Shown here piece by piece: positions 1 through 9,070 of a stretch of DNA of 64,000 bases (its first letter is position 1; every line of letters begins with the position of its first letter). The notes under the pieces are model-generated. The model saw only the letters and a list, made by a program, of their open reading frames with translations, searched no databases and was not told the origin of the DNA. The position numbers were made by a program, and so were the translations under genes. The stretch covers positions 32,169-96,168 of the forward strand of contig JAWOEI010000092.1 in NCBI GenBank assembly GCA_046482825.1, in the 5' to 3' direction. The DNA comes from Kiritimatiellia bacterium (lineage in GTDB: Bacteria > Verrucomicrobiota > Kiritimatiellia > RFP12 > UBA1067).

Positions 1-1882
1 CTTCAAGAGGAAGTTCAAACATTGAATTCTCATTCAGCTCCCTGAAAAGCAGTGCATATCCTCCGTTATTATCAGTGGCCGATGAGACGAAACCGGTCCA
101 GCAGACACCGTCAGGAACCTCTCCGACAGGGATAATGCTACCACCATGCCACCGGGCTCTCTCCTTCTTCCAGGTAGCAACCAGAGCTTGCATCTGATTC
201 ACATAATCATCGGAAAGATTGGAGACTTCGAACCATCCCAACGGTGAAGCCGCCATACATATCGCAAAAAGAGTATCAGCACGATAGAGAGCGGGAGCGA
301 GCGGATCGTTTCTGTATTTCTGCTTATTTCTCTGGTTGTTCAGCAACTCCATACGCAGACGAACCGGATCAACTACCTGGGAGAGTTCCCAGAGATTACG
401 AAGAGTCTTATGGGGCCAGTAACGATGAAAGTCCGTATAGCGGTTCTCCACAAACAGGGTTCCGATATCCGGCAGTCCAAAATAACCCGGTCGGATTTCA
501 GCGGTAACATCAAGATCGAAAACCATGTTTCCTGAAGAACCTTCAAGCATACGGTCAAACATTGCCCGCTGATTGATCAAAGACTGCCTGTCATGGGTTT
601 TCATGGAATCAATCTTAAAGTAACTGACACCCATTTTATAGAAAGACAGAAGATGGTCGGCGTCGCGTTTCCAGTTTTCGGCACTGCCGGATGAATCGGG
701 GCCAAACCAGAGTCCGAAGTGCATATCGTTCTTTTTGGCTGCAGCCACAACCGATTCCAGGCCATTGGGGAACCTTTGAGGATCAGGATCCCAGAAATCG
801 GGATCAGCCGCCCAGTATCCATTCCAGACACCTTTACCCCGGGAAAAAACAGAGTTAGCGGAACGGCCTTTCTGCCAGCCATCATCAATCTGGACAACAT
901 CGACGCCAAGCCTGGCACCGGCGGACACCTCTTTTAACAGGAACTCCTCTTGGATGCGTTTGTCACGGGAACGGTCTCCCCATGTATTGCTGAGAAACAA
1001 CCCGTCACGCCCGGCACGATAGTTCCGCAGACATCGCTGAAAAGAATGAACCGCCCTGGTAAATCCGATCCTGCCTCCGCGATAGCAGACAGCTGCAACA
1101 GAAAAATCGCCGAGGATCGCGGAAACCGTATTACCCCGCGGATTGATTTTAAAATCCACATCCGATTTATTTTGACGGGCATGTGGCAAAGGAGCGAATT
1201 TAATGTAAGCCACACCGCAACCGGTAACAACATCCTCCACGTTGAGCACACACCCACGCACCTCGATCTCAGGTTCATTGTGCATCAGAAGCCATTCACG
1301 CTCAAAACAGAGCTCATCATGCCGATCGGTCTGATCCATCAGCTCAATCTCCGTAACCCGCAGGTGAATCGACTTGAACTTCAATGTATCAGCGCCTGCG
1401 ATCATTTTTGTTCCGGCTGGCATTCTGCCTGCACTCTCGGCCCCGGTCGTCTGCACATTTTCCGCAGTGCTTTCACTTTCAACTTTTCCGGACAACTGCT
1501 GCAGCATAACACCACCCGCCTGCGGATAAATCCACGCTGACAAATGCAAGTCAGTGCCTTTGACAGCGATATCAAGCCGGATACCCTCAGAGCCAACCAC
1601 AGACCTTCGTGCTTTAACGGCACTGATTTCAAATGATTCACCGTTATTGCAGGGCTCCGAATCCTGCGCAAGCACCACATCCGAATCACCCTTGCTTATA
1701 AACGATATTGACTTAATTCCTCCTTCACCCGCGGCCCACGTTCTTTCAAACAAAGCATTGCCGACCTTAAGCCGCTGCTCATTCCAGGAAGCATAACACT
1801 CCTTAAAACGGAATTCACCGGCAACAAGAGAAAAAGGCATAACAGACAGAAAAACAATACAACGAAAAATCATTTTACGCAT
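1..1882 (-). CDS. secreted glycoside hydrolase, clan GH-D (GH36/GH27-like alpha-galactosidase type); C-terminus cut by window edge
   Basis: The minus-strand frame is open from ATG at 1882 to position 1. It is absent from the ORF track only because it runs off the edge. The listed ORFs at 244-1796 are other frames with non-protein-like composition. N-terminus is signal-like (MRKMIFRCIVFLSVMPFSLVAG). Motifs GVDVVQIDDGWQ, FGLWFGPDS and YFKIDSM resemble the melibiase-type barrel core. Confidence 0.6.
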   Translation of the reverse strand, partial: MRKMIFRCIVFLSVMPFSLVAGEFRFKECYASWNEQRLKVGNALFERTWAAGEGGIKSISFISKGDSDVVLAQDSEPCNNGESFEISAVKARRSVVGSEGIRLDIAVKGTDLHLSAWIYPQAGGVMLQQLSGKVESESTAENVQTTGAESAGRMPAGTKMIAGADTLKFKSIHLRVTEIELMDQTDRHDELCFEREWLLMHNEPEIEVRGCVLNVEDVVTGCGVAYIKFAPLPHARQNKSDVDFKINPRGNTVSAILGDFSVAAVCYRGGRIGFTRAVHSFQRCLRNYRAGRDGLFLSNTWGDRSRDKRIQEEFLLKEVSAGARLGVDVVQIDDGWQKGRSANSVFSRGKGVWNGYWAADPDFWDPDPQRFPNGLESVVAAAKKNDMHFGLWFGPDSSGSAENWKRDADHLLSFYKMGVSYFKIDSMKTHDRQSLINQRAMFDRMLEGSSGNMVFDLDVTAEIRPGYFGLPDIGTLFVENRYTDFHRYWPHKTLRNLWELSQVVDPVRLRMELLNNQRNKQKYRNDPLAPALYRADTLFAICMAASPLGWFEVSNLSDDYVNQMQALVATWKKERARWHGGSIIPVGEVPDGVCWTGFVSSATDNNGGYALLFRELNENSMFELPLE

Positions 1883-1956
1883 AACCAAATCCTTTAAACA
1901 GAGGAAACGGGCGAATCGGTTTAACCGCCTTAGCCGATTCATATTTTAGTGAACAT

Positions 1957-1965
1957 TATTATAGC
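1957..1965 (-). promoter_or_regulatory. extended -10 element TGCTATAAT upstream of the GH gene
   Basis: Reverse complement of attatagca. It lies about 75 nt upstream of ATG 1882. The same 9-mer recurs upstream of kduI and rnr. The predicted 5' UTR contains a 7-bp hairpin GAATCGG/CCGATTC. Confidence 0.4.
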
Positions 1966-1992
1966 AGATAGTGATGACTGCTTCCAATACAC

Positions 1993-2026
1993 AAAAAAAC
2001 GGATGCATTAAAGCATCCGTTTTTTT
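1993..2026 (-). terminator. intrinsic (bidirectional) terminator after acpP
   Basis: A7-CGGATGC-loop-GCATCCG-T7, about 20 nt downstream of the acpP stop. Confidence 0.8.
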
Positions 2027-2047
2027 CAATAAAAGCAGCGAAGATCA

Positions 2048-2287
2048 TCAAGCCTCAACGCCTTTTTCATTAAGATATTCGAGAACCTTGCCCACAGAGG
2101 TAAGTTTCTCTGCATCTTCATCAGGAATCTCGGCACCGAACTCCTCTTCAAAAGCCATGATCAGTTCGACTGTGTCCAGAGAATCTGCACCCAGATCGTC
2201 AATGAATGATGCTTCCGGCGTAACCTGCTCAGCATTAACACCCAGCTGCTCGACAATGATTTCCTGTACTTTATCTTCCAATGACAT
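2048..2287 (-). CDS. acpP: acyl carrier protein
   Basis: 79 aa with the [20 protein letters not shown] phosphopantetheine-attachment motif. Sits in the fab cluster. Confidence 0.95.
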   Translation of the reverse strand: MSLEDKVQEIIVEQLGVNAEQVTPEASFIDDLGADSLDTVELIMAFEEEFGAEIPDEDAEKLTSVGKVLEYLNEKGVEA

Positions 2288-2339
2288 GTAACTTCTCCTT
2301 TTAGTTTAAAAAAACCACAACAAAAAGCCGCGGTAAATT

Positions 2340-3083
2340 CTACATAACCATGCCGCCGTTTACACTCAGGCACTGACCGGTCACATAGGAAGCCTCGTCA
2401 GAGGCCAGAAATGCAACGGCTTTGGCGATATCCTCAGGCACACCGAAACGGGCCATGGGAATATTTGCAAGCATCTGATCACGGACTTCCTGCGAAAGGG
2501 CATCCGTCATCTTAGATGAAATAAATCCAGGGGCAACTGAATTAACACGCACACCGCGGGCTGCCAGCTCTTTTGCGGTGGATTTTGTCAAAGCGATTAC
2601 CCCGGCTTTAGATGCAGCGTAATTGGCCTGGCCAGCATTGCCGATCAGACCTATTATTGATGCAATATTAACAATTGAACCGGAGCGCTGTTTCATCATA
2701 GGTCGTGCTACAGCGCGGGAAAAGAGGAATGTTCCCTTCAGATTCACACGCAGGACATCATCCCAGTCCTGATCGCTCATCCTCATCAGCAGAGTGTCTT
2801 TCGTGATACCGGCGTTGTTCACCAGAATATCTACTCTTCCAAACTCATCCATAACCGTTTTAATACCCGCGTTAACGGCATCGCTGTCACCTACGTCAAC
2901 AGCGAGGGTCAGAACTTTACGGCCTTTAGCCTCAATCAGGCGGGCACTTTCTTCAAGCCATTCTTTCTGCAGATCGCATAAAACCAGATCTGCACCGCGA
3001 TCAGCGAGATCCACAGCAACAGCCTGACCAATTCCGCGGGCGGCACCAGTAACTACTGCGATTTTTCCTTCAAAACTTCTCAT
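2340..3083 (-). CDS. fabG: 3-oxoacyl-ACP reductase
   Basis: 247-aa SDR with [14 protein letters not shown] and YAASKAG motifs, located between fabD and acpP. Confidence 0.9.
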   Translation of the reverse strand: MRSFEGKIAVVTGAARGIGQAVAVDLADRGADLVLCDLQKEWLEESARLIEAKGRKVLTLAVDVGDSDAVNAGIKTVMDEFGRVDILVNNAGITKDTLLMRMSDQDWDDVLRVNLKGTFLFSRAVARPMMKQRSGSIVNIASIIGLIGNAGQANYAASKAGVIALTKSTAKELAARGVRVNSVAPGFISSKMTDALSQEVRDQMLANIPMARFGVPEDIAKAVAFLASDEASYVTGQCLSVNGGMVM

Positions 3084-3192
3084 TACAAATTCATCCTTGT
3101 TTCATGTTCACATCCACCGCGCAACGGCGCAAATAATGACTTCCCGAAGCGTATCCGCCGCAATACAGAGGACACAGCCGGAAAAATCAGCT

Positions 3193-4122
3193 TCAGCCGA
3201 CAATTTTTTCACAGCGTTCAAGCGATGCGGCATCCTGCACATTGGCACATTTCAGTGAACGGTCAATGCGGCGCAACAGTCCGGACAACACCTTGCCGGG
3301 ACCGAATTCAATAAAATTCTCTACTCCTGAAGCCTTTGCTGTGAGAATGCAGTCACGCCAGAGGACGGAATCAGTCACCTGGCGTAACATGGCATCCTTA
3401 ACAGAAACGACATCATCGCTATGCACTTTTCCTGTCACATTGGCAAGTACTGGCATCTGCGGTTTGCTGAATTGCACATCTTCTATGACATCAGCCAGTT
3501 TTGTACGGGCCGTCGCCATCAGGGGTGAATGAAATGCGCCTGCAACGTTCAGAACAATTGCTTTCAATCCCATTTCACGGGCGGCTTCCGCAGCCGACTC
3601 AACACCGGACTTCACACCGGAAAGAACAACCTGTGAATCCGAATTTATATTGGCAATGGTGATGCCGTACTCTGAGCAGAGTTCTTCGAGCTGCTCCCCT
3701 GCAGCACCCATGATACTGACCATTCCGCTATCCTGCTCTTCACAGGCTTCCTGCATAAAACGTCCGCGGGCTTCAAGCACCTTCAGGGCGGATTCAAAAT
3801 CAAGCACACCAGCCACATGCAGGGCACTCCACTCACCCAGACTCAATCCTGCGGCCATTTTGAAACTTACGCCGGGATATTTTTTCTGAAATGCCTTATA
3901 TGCCGCAACGCTGACAATGAATATACCCGGCTGGCATATATTAGATTTGGTCATCTCCTCAGCCGGACCTTCAAAACACAGTTTTGCGATATCAAAACCC
4001 AGAACATCATTGGCCGTGGAAAAAAGAGCGGCAATTTCCGGATCTTCAGCAAAATCCCTTCCCATGCCGGGAAACTGCGCTCCCTGACCCGCAAACATAC
4101 ATAACTTATCGCTCATTATCAC
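3193..4122 (-). CDS. fabD: malonyl-CoA:ACP transacylase
   Basis: FAGQGAQFPGMG and GLSLGEWSAL (active-site Ser) motifs; fab cluster context. Confidence 0.9.
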   Translation of the reverse strand: MIMSDKLCMFAGQGAQFPGMGRDFAEDPEIAALFSTANDVLGFDIAKLCFEGPAEEMTKSNICQPGIFIVSVAAYKAFQKKYPGVSFKMAAGLSLGEWSALHVAGVLDFESALKVLEARGRFMQEACEEQDSGMVSIMGAAGEQLEELCSEYGITIANINSDSQVVLSGVKSGVESAAEAAREMGLKAIVLNVAGAFHSPLMATARTKLADVIEDVQFSKPQMPVLANVTGKVHSDDVVSVKDAMLRQVTDSVLWRDCILTAKASGVENFIEFGPGKVLSGLLRRIDRSLKCANVQDAASLERCEKIVG

Positions 4123-4223
4123 GTAATCCTCAAATCATCCTATTACAAAATCAAAATTAACACATCTGAACCGATATTGAATTATCCAGTTTGACAAAAT
4201 TTCCAAAAAAGTCAAATCCAAAA

Positions 4224-5240
4224 TCAGTCGCTCTTACTCGCCTCTACAATGCTGTTTTCAATCCTTTCGGCTAGATTGGCTGACGCAGCCGCCGAACCGG
4301 CAATGACAGCGTGGTAAATAGCTCTGAAGGAGGATGAACCATGGGTGATAATTACTGCGCCGGGCACACCCAGCAAGGGTGCTCCCCCGTATATTTCCGG
4401 ATCCATACGGTGTTTGATAGTTTCCAGAGCGCCCTTGAGAAGCATAGTTCCAAGCACACGTATAGGATGACGGACAAATTCCTTTTTCATCCAGTAACCT
4501 ACCGCATGAGCTACACTCTCAGTTGTTTTGAGAACGACATTGCCGACAAACCCGTCGCATACGGCCACATCCACCTCGCCAAAAAAAAGATCATGCCCCT
4601 CGATATTGCCTTTAAAGTCAACATTTGTCTTTTTTATCAGCTGAAAGGCTTTTTTTGTCATTTCATTGCCTTTGGTATCCTCAGTACCGATACTCAGCAG
4701 TCCCACCTTGGGAACAGCCTGCTTCAAGACCGCTTTTGAATACTCATTTCCCATAATGGCAAATTGAGCAAGCCAGGTTTCATCACAGTCTGTTGTGGCA
4801 CCTGCGTCAAGCAGAAGCAGAGGGCGTTCGGGATTGCGTGTCGGAAGAACAGTTGCGATGGCGGGTCTCAGAACTCCGGGAACACGTCCGAGACAGAAAA
4901 GAGCGGAAGCCGCCACAGCACCGGAATTGCCGGCGGAGACCATTGCATCAGCCTCACCGCTTTTAATCAGCTCCATACATAGATTTATTGAGCATTTTTT
5001 CTTTTTGCGTATAGCGGTAGCCGGTGACTCATCCATATTTATGGTTTCGGGAGCATGGATAATTTTAAGACGATCCATCCGGATTTTTGAATATTTTGCC
5101 AATTCCTTGTGTATAGCCGGTTCATCCCCGACCATATAGATGCATGTAATGTCTTTCAAACGTGACACAGCCTCCACGGCACCATGCACTATTTCATGAG
5201 GAGCATTATCTCCACCCATAATATCAAGAGCTATTCTCAA
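4224..5240 (-). CDS. plsX: phosphate acyltransferase PlsX
   Basis: IALDIMGGDNAP N-terminal motif, immediately downstream of rpmF. The start is trimmed to TTG 5240, which has GGAGAG 6 nt upstream. The ORF track extends to 5291. Confidence 0.85.
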   Translation of the reverse strand: MRIALDIMGGDNAPHEIVHGAVEAVSRLKDITCIYMVGDEPAIHKELAKYSKIRMDRLKIIHAPETINMDESPATAIRKKKKCSINLCMELIKSGEADAMVSAGNSGAVAASALFCLGRVPGVLRPAIATVLPTRNPERPLLLLDAGATTDCDETWLAQFAIMGNEYSKAVLKQAVPKVGLLSIGTEDTKGNEMTKKAFQLIKKTNVDFKGNIEGHDLFFGEVDVAVCDGFVGNVVLKTTESVAHAVGYWMKKEFVRHPIRVLGTMLLKGALETIKHRMDPEIYGGAPLLGVPGAVIITHGSSSFRAIYHAVIAGSAAASANLAERIENSIVEASKSD

Positions 5241-5358
5241 ATTGATCTCTCCGGGTCGGATCCGACACAACCAAAAGGTTTCCGCCAGCAACGGAAACCT
5301 TTATGAAGCTAAAAAAGAGCTCCGCTGACGGGAGCTTTTAAAAGGCTCCACGATTATG

Positions 5359-5538
5359 TTACACCTCAACTGTGAGGACCTGACGTCCTTTGTACATGCC
5401 ACAGCTTTTACAGACCCTGTGGGATTCCTGATCAGCACCGCAGTTGGGGCAGGTCTGAACCTGAGCCAGTGAGGCTTTGATCTGACCCCTGCGAAGATTC
5501 TTACGACGCTTCGATGTTCTCCGTTTTGGTACGGCCAT
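5359..5538 (-). CDS. rpmF: 50S ribosomal protein L32
   Basis: My own translation gives a 59-aa protein, below the ORF-track cutoff: MAVPKRRTSKRRKNLRRGQ...CPNCG...CKSCG. Canonical yceD-rpmF-plsX order. Confidence 0.9.
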   Translation of the reverse strand: MAVPKRRTSKRRKNLRRGQIKASLAQVQTCPNCGADQESHRVCKSCGMYKGRQVLTVEV

Positions 5539-5555
5539 AAGTCTAACTCCTTAAT

Positions 5556-6047
5556 CTAGTACAGCGAATCGAGCGCATCCAGCGCCGACCAGCGCATATC
5601 ACCGCTTTCCGCGTTACAATTGCAGCTGCTTTCATTCAAATTCACCCCGCAGACGCCGCAAAGGCCCTTGCAGGTTTCGCTGCAGCGAGGGTATGCAGGA
5701 AGGTTGAGTATGATAGCTTCCCGAATCGCATCGGTCAAGTCCGGGAATGCATTTTCCTCATTTATTTCAAAAGATTCGATAAAATCAGCTTTTTTTACCT
5801 CAAGATCAAACTTTTTATCGCACCTTGCACAGCGGCAGACAAAGATCTGCGCAAGCGAACCCCTAACTAAAAGTTCACTCCCGAGCGCCTGAATCATAAG
5901 TTTATACACAATTCCGCCTCTGGGCTGGAAAAATTCCTCTTCCTCCATATCCAGCGCATCAGCGGGTATTTCTCCCTCAAATATCTCTCCGTCCTCATCG
6001 AGACGGTTTAAATCAACGATCAAACGCTCCGGTGTTTTCAACGTCAC
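5556..6047 (-). CDS. yceD: DUF177 / YceD-family protein (large-subunit rRNA accumulation protein)
   Basis: 163 aa with CxxC...CxxxC...CxxC clusters, in the conserved position upstream of rpmF. Confidence 0.75.
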   Translation of the reverse strand: MTLKTPERLIVDLNRLDEDGEIFEGEIPADALDMEEEEFFQPRGGIVYKLMIQALGSELLVRGSLAQIFVCRCARCDKKFDLEVKKADFIESFEINEENAFPDLTDAIREAIILNLPAYPRCSETCKGLCGVCGVNLNESSCNCNAESGDMRWSALDALDSLY

Positions 6048-6561
6048 CTCCCGGGCCCGAACTGCCGCCCTCTTTTTCGATAAAGGATTCTATATGCTTT
6101 TTTACCGTATCAGGAACGAAACTGCTCACATCACCGCCGTAACGGACGATCTCGCGTACTGTACTGGCGGTAACATAGCTGTAATTCTCGTTGGGCATCA
6201 TGAAAAGTGTTTCCACTTCAGGTGCCAGCTTACGGTTTGTAAGAGCCATCTGAAACTCATATTCAAAATCGGAATAAACCCTCAGGCCGCGAACCACGAC
6301 ACCTACCCCTCTTCTGCGGCAGTATTCGACCAGCAGAGAATCCAATCTATCCACCTCCACATTTTTCAAACCAGCGTCATCAAGACTTTCAGTTATCATC
6401 CGCATTCGGTCAGAGATATCAAACATACCGCTTTTTTTCATAGACATTCCGGCCACGACAACAATGACACGCTCGAAAAGACTTGAAGAACGTTTAATCA
6501 GATCAAAATGCCCCAGTGTCAATGGATCGAATGTGCCAGGATAAACAGCAACTCTTTTCAT
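6013..6561 (-). CDS. coaD: phosphopantetheine adenylyltransferase
   Basis: The AVYPGTFDPLTLGHFDLI motif is typical of CoaD. A C-terminal tail of about 20 aa overlaps yceD by 35 nt. Confidence 0.9.
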   Translation of the reverse strand: MKRVAVYPGTFDPLTLGHFDLIKRSSSLFERVIVVVAGMSMKKSGMFDISDRMRMITESLDDAGLKNVEVDRLDSLLVEYCRRRGVGVVVRGLRVYSDFEYEFQMALTNRKLAPEVETLFMMPNENYSYVTASTVREIVRYGGDVSSFVPDTVKKHIESFIEKEGGSSGPGGDVENTGAFDR

Positions 6562-7130
6562 TATAAAACCTTTCTTTCAACAGACCTTCTGTAAACTGCT
6601 ACTCGAGTATGACCATACACACGGTCTTTCTGCAAAGTCCATCCGGTTTCCTCATCAGCATCACACCGCACCGGCATCTCCGCCACAAAAAAACCGTTGT
6701 CCGAAACCACCCTGTATTCAGCCAGCAGTTTCATGAGAGGGGAAAATCCCTTTTGCAACGCATCAACATAAGGAGGATCCGCAAATATCACATCCGCCTT
6801 ACGTCCCTTTCCGCCGGTTTTCACCCAGGATTCAACATCCGCCATAACAATTTCGCCACGCCCCGGCATCAAAGCGCCGCAATTCTGCCTCAATATCCGT
6901 AAATGCCTGCTGCTGTTTTCAATCCAGATAATGCTGGCGGCACCACGACTGAACGCCTCCAGCCCCACAGCCCCGGAACCGGCAAACAGATCTATAAACA
7001 CAGTACCGGGAATGACATCCATCAAAATCGAAAAAAGGGCCTCGCGGACACGATCCTGGGTAGGCCGCACCCCGTCACCCCGGGGAACAGCCAGCTTTCT
7101 TCCGCAAAACTCGCCACCTGTAATTCGCAT
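6561..7130 (-). CDS. rsmD: 16S rRNA (guanine966-N2)-methyltransferase RsmD
   Basis: RITGGEFCGRKL, RPTQDRVREALFSIL, LDLFAGSGA-like and DPPY motifs; conserved rsmD-coaD pairing. I prefer ATG 7130 as the start. The ORF track offers GTG 7157. Confidence 0.8.
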   Translation of the reverse strand: MRITGGEFCGRKLAVPRGDGVRPTQDRVREALFSILMDVIPGTVFIDLFAGSGAVGLEAFSRGAASIIWIENSSRHLRILRQNCGALMPGRGEIVMADVESWVKTGGKGRKADVIFADPPYVDALQKGFSPLMKLLAEYRVVSDNGFFVAEMPVRCDADEETGWTLQKDRVYGHTRVAVYRRSVERKVL

Positions 7131-7136
7131 GTGGTA

Positions 7137-7145
7137 ATTGTAGCA
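7137..7145 (-). promoter_or_regulatory. extended -10 TGCTACAAT placed 6 nt before the rsmD ATG (possible leaderless mRNA)
   Basis: Reverse complement of attgtagca. It is preceded by a 2x tandem TTTAACCGT (7156-7173) over the -35 region. Confidence 0.35.
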
Positions 7146-7245
7146 AACGACAAACACGGTTAAAACGGTTAAAACAGACTAACTTTTGATAATGGGGAGG
7201 TTCTGATGACAAAAGAAAAAACCGTGGACTGACTTTCAACAACTG

Positions 7246-7288
7246 AAGCTGCTTTCAGCCGCCTGTCTGCTTGCAACGCACGACAGAC
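7246..7288 (-). repeat. dispersed intergenic motif copy A (AAGCTGCTTTCAGCCGCCTGTC + hairpin)
   Basis: The 22-nt core is identical to copy B and 21/22 to copy C. It is followed by a CTGTC...GACAG-type hairpin and lies upstream of rsmD. Confidence 0.7.
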
Positions 7289-7337
7289 GACCAACCTGCC
7301 CCACTATCTTATCCGCTTTTTTCCGGACGTGATCTGG

Positions 7338-7772
7338 CTACGCATTATGATAGCTGCGGCCTTTATTGATTGTGATAGCGCGAAAAACCTGTTCATAAAG
7401 GAGATAACGGGCCATCTCATGAGTAAAAGTCATCGGTGAGAGAGAAAGCACAAGATCCGCTCGACTCTTAACAGCGGCATCAATCCCGAGCGGCCCGCCT
7501 ACAACAAAAACCAGTTTCCTGTGAACACTCCCTATTTTTTCGGCAAACTCAACTGAGCCCAGACATCTGCCTTCCTCGCTGAGGGCAATGATAAAACCCC
7601 GTTCTCTGGCAAGCATATCGCAAATACGGCGGTTATCTGTATTCCTGCCGCTGTCTTTGATCTCCCGGATTTCAACCTTGGCGTCAAAACGGATACGTTT
7701 GAGCATTTCACCACATAGTGCGGCAAGATGAGGATCTCTGACCTTACCGACTGTTATAAATCTTATTAGCAC
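7338..7772 (-). CDS. rlmH: 23S rRNA (pseudouridine1915-N3)-methyltransferase RlmH
   Basis: 144-aa SPOUT-type protein. The C-terminal MTFTHEMARYLLYEQVFRAITINKGRSYH matches the RlmH signature. Confidence 0.85.
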   Translation of the reverse strand: MLIRFITVGKVRDPHLAALCGEMLKRIRFDAKVEIREIKDSGRNTDNRRICDMLARERGFIIALSEEGRCLGSVEFAEKIGSVHRKLVFVVGGPLGIDAAVKSRADLVLSLSPMTFTHEMARYLLYEQVFRAITINKGRSYHNA

Positions 7773-7873
7773 TGGTCTGTTGCCTTACTTATATCATAAA
7801 GCACTGCTTGAAAGCGGCTTCGGAACACTGCAGCTTTGCTGATATCCGAAGCGGAAGCTCATCCGGGCAACTG

Positions 7874-9070
7874 TTATTCAACGTAGTAGGTTCTGAGCAG
7901 CCGCATAAAATGCTCATCGTTGGCCACATCAAGAATACGCATCTCACGGCGGGCGTTCTCCACTGAATCTGAGGCATGCGCGGCGTTAATCATGATATTA
8001 GTTCCGAACTCACGGCGTATAGATCCTACACGGGCCTTCCGGGGATCAGTTGCCCCCAGTATATCGCGGATCTTGTTCACACCGTCTATACCCTCATAGA
8101 CAATTGCAAGACACTCTTCTGTACCGGGCTTTTCGCGTTCTTCCGGCAGGCATCCGGACGGACGCCTGCCTGTCATAAATTCAACAATGTTCTCAAATTC
8201 GCGTTCTGCAAACAGGGGCGCCAGGTAATTGCACAAATCAGTCAGCTGATCGGCATCCACCGGAAAGCCGAATTCGCGTGAAAGCGCCTGCGATGCCCTG
8301 TCGGCACCGAATATATTAAAAACTTTTTTCAGATTTTCACGCACAGGCCCGTAAAATTCCTCCGCCTGCGCAACTGACATAGCGAATTTTTTAACACCCA
8401 CAATACGCAGGCCGGCACTTGAAAGCAGATCCATGATATTGCCAGCACGCAGCGAGGGCTGGCGCCAGTTATCGGGTTTCAGCATAACAAGAGTCTGCTG
8501 TATGTTCTCCCCTTCGGGAGCATCTGAAGTTCCGTGGACAATACCTGAGTCAGTTTTCAGATACGGGAACCAGATTTTCAATATTTCCTTCACATATTTC
8601 TTTGACCGTCCCACAAGCACACAGGGTTCAAAATACTCAACCTCACCGGTCGCCGGATCACGCACCAGATCACCGTAAGTATCACGCACTGTCTGTCCAC
8701 AACACCAACGCTGATTGATATCACCTGTAACTTCGTAGATTTTACGTATGGCATCTTCTCCCTCGAAAAGCAGCAACATCGAACGGTGCGGCCGTCCGGT
8801 TACAGCATCCACGCTGAACGCCCTGCGCACATAGGATGAAAACAATTCGCATTTCGCAGGATCATTTTTATCATACTGAGCCAGATAACCGGCAAAATCA
8901 TCCACCAGAGCTGTGGAGGCTCCGACCATACGCGCACCGACAAGTTTAAGATCGGTCCGGACCAGATAGCGGGCGATAATACCGCCGGTTCTGGATTTAC
9001 GTATCGAATACGGATTGATAATAACACACGCCAGCTCTCTGGACACTTCCTTCATTCTTTTTTTCCTCAA
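7874..9070 (-). CDS. tandem nucleoside-diphosphate-kinase-like protein (degenerate N-domain + His-containing C-domain)
   Basis: Two NDK-like modules: ACVIINPYSIRKSRTGGIIARYL... and TLVMLKPDNWRQPSLRAGNIMDLL...GSIRREFGTNIMINAAHASDSVENARREM. The start overlaps the cstA stop (ATGA). Confidence 0.6.
   Translation of the reverse strand: MRKKRMKEVSRELACVIINPYSIRKSRTGGIIARYLVRTDLKLVGARMVGASTALVDDFAGYLAQYDKNDPAKCELFSSYVRRAFSVDAVTGRPHRSMLLLFEGEDAIRKIYEVTGDINQRWCCGQTVRDTYGDLVRDPATGEVEYFEPCVLVGRSKKYVKEILKIWFPYLKTDSGIVHGTSDAPEGENIQQTLVMLKPDNWRQPSLRAGNIMDLLSSAGLRIVGVKKFAMSVAQAEEFYGPVRENLKKVFNIFGADRASQALSREFGFPVDADQLTDLCNYLAPLFAEREFENIVEFMTGRRPSGCLPEEREKPGTEECLAIVYEGIDGVNKIRDILGATDPRKARVGSIRREFGTNIMINAAHASDSVENARREMRILDVANDEHFMRLLRTYYVE

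Noticed and set aside
244-1796. A series of 60-196-aa ORFs on both strands in the ORF track (for example 950-1540 +, 934-1278 -, 601-918 -).
   Set aside because: Their translations are Cys/Arg/Ser-rich and not protein-like. A single minus-strand frame with codon tops at 1882, 1879... is open across the whole region and gives a coherent glycosidase-like protein. The track omits that frame only because it runs off the window edge.
7246-7288. Whether the dispersed motif is a sigma54 promoter (GG-N10-GC) or a LexA-type CTGT-N8-ACAG box.
   Set aside because: The GG/GC spacing in GGCGGCTGAAAGCAGC does not fit the -24/-12 geometry. The CTGT...ACAG spacing is 13-16 nt and differs between copies, which is unlike SOS boxes.
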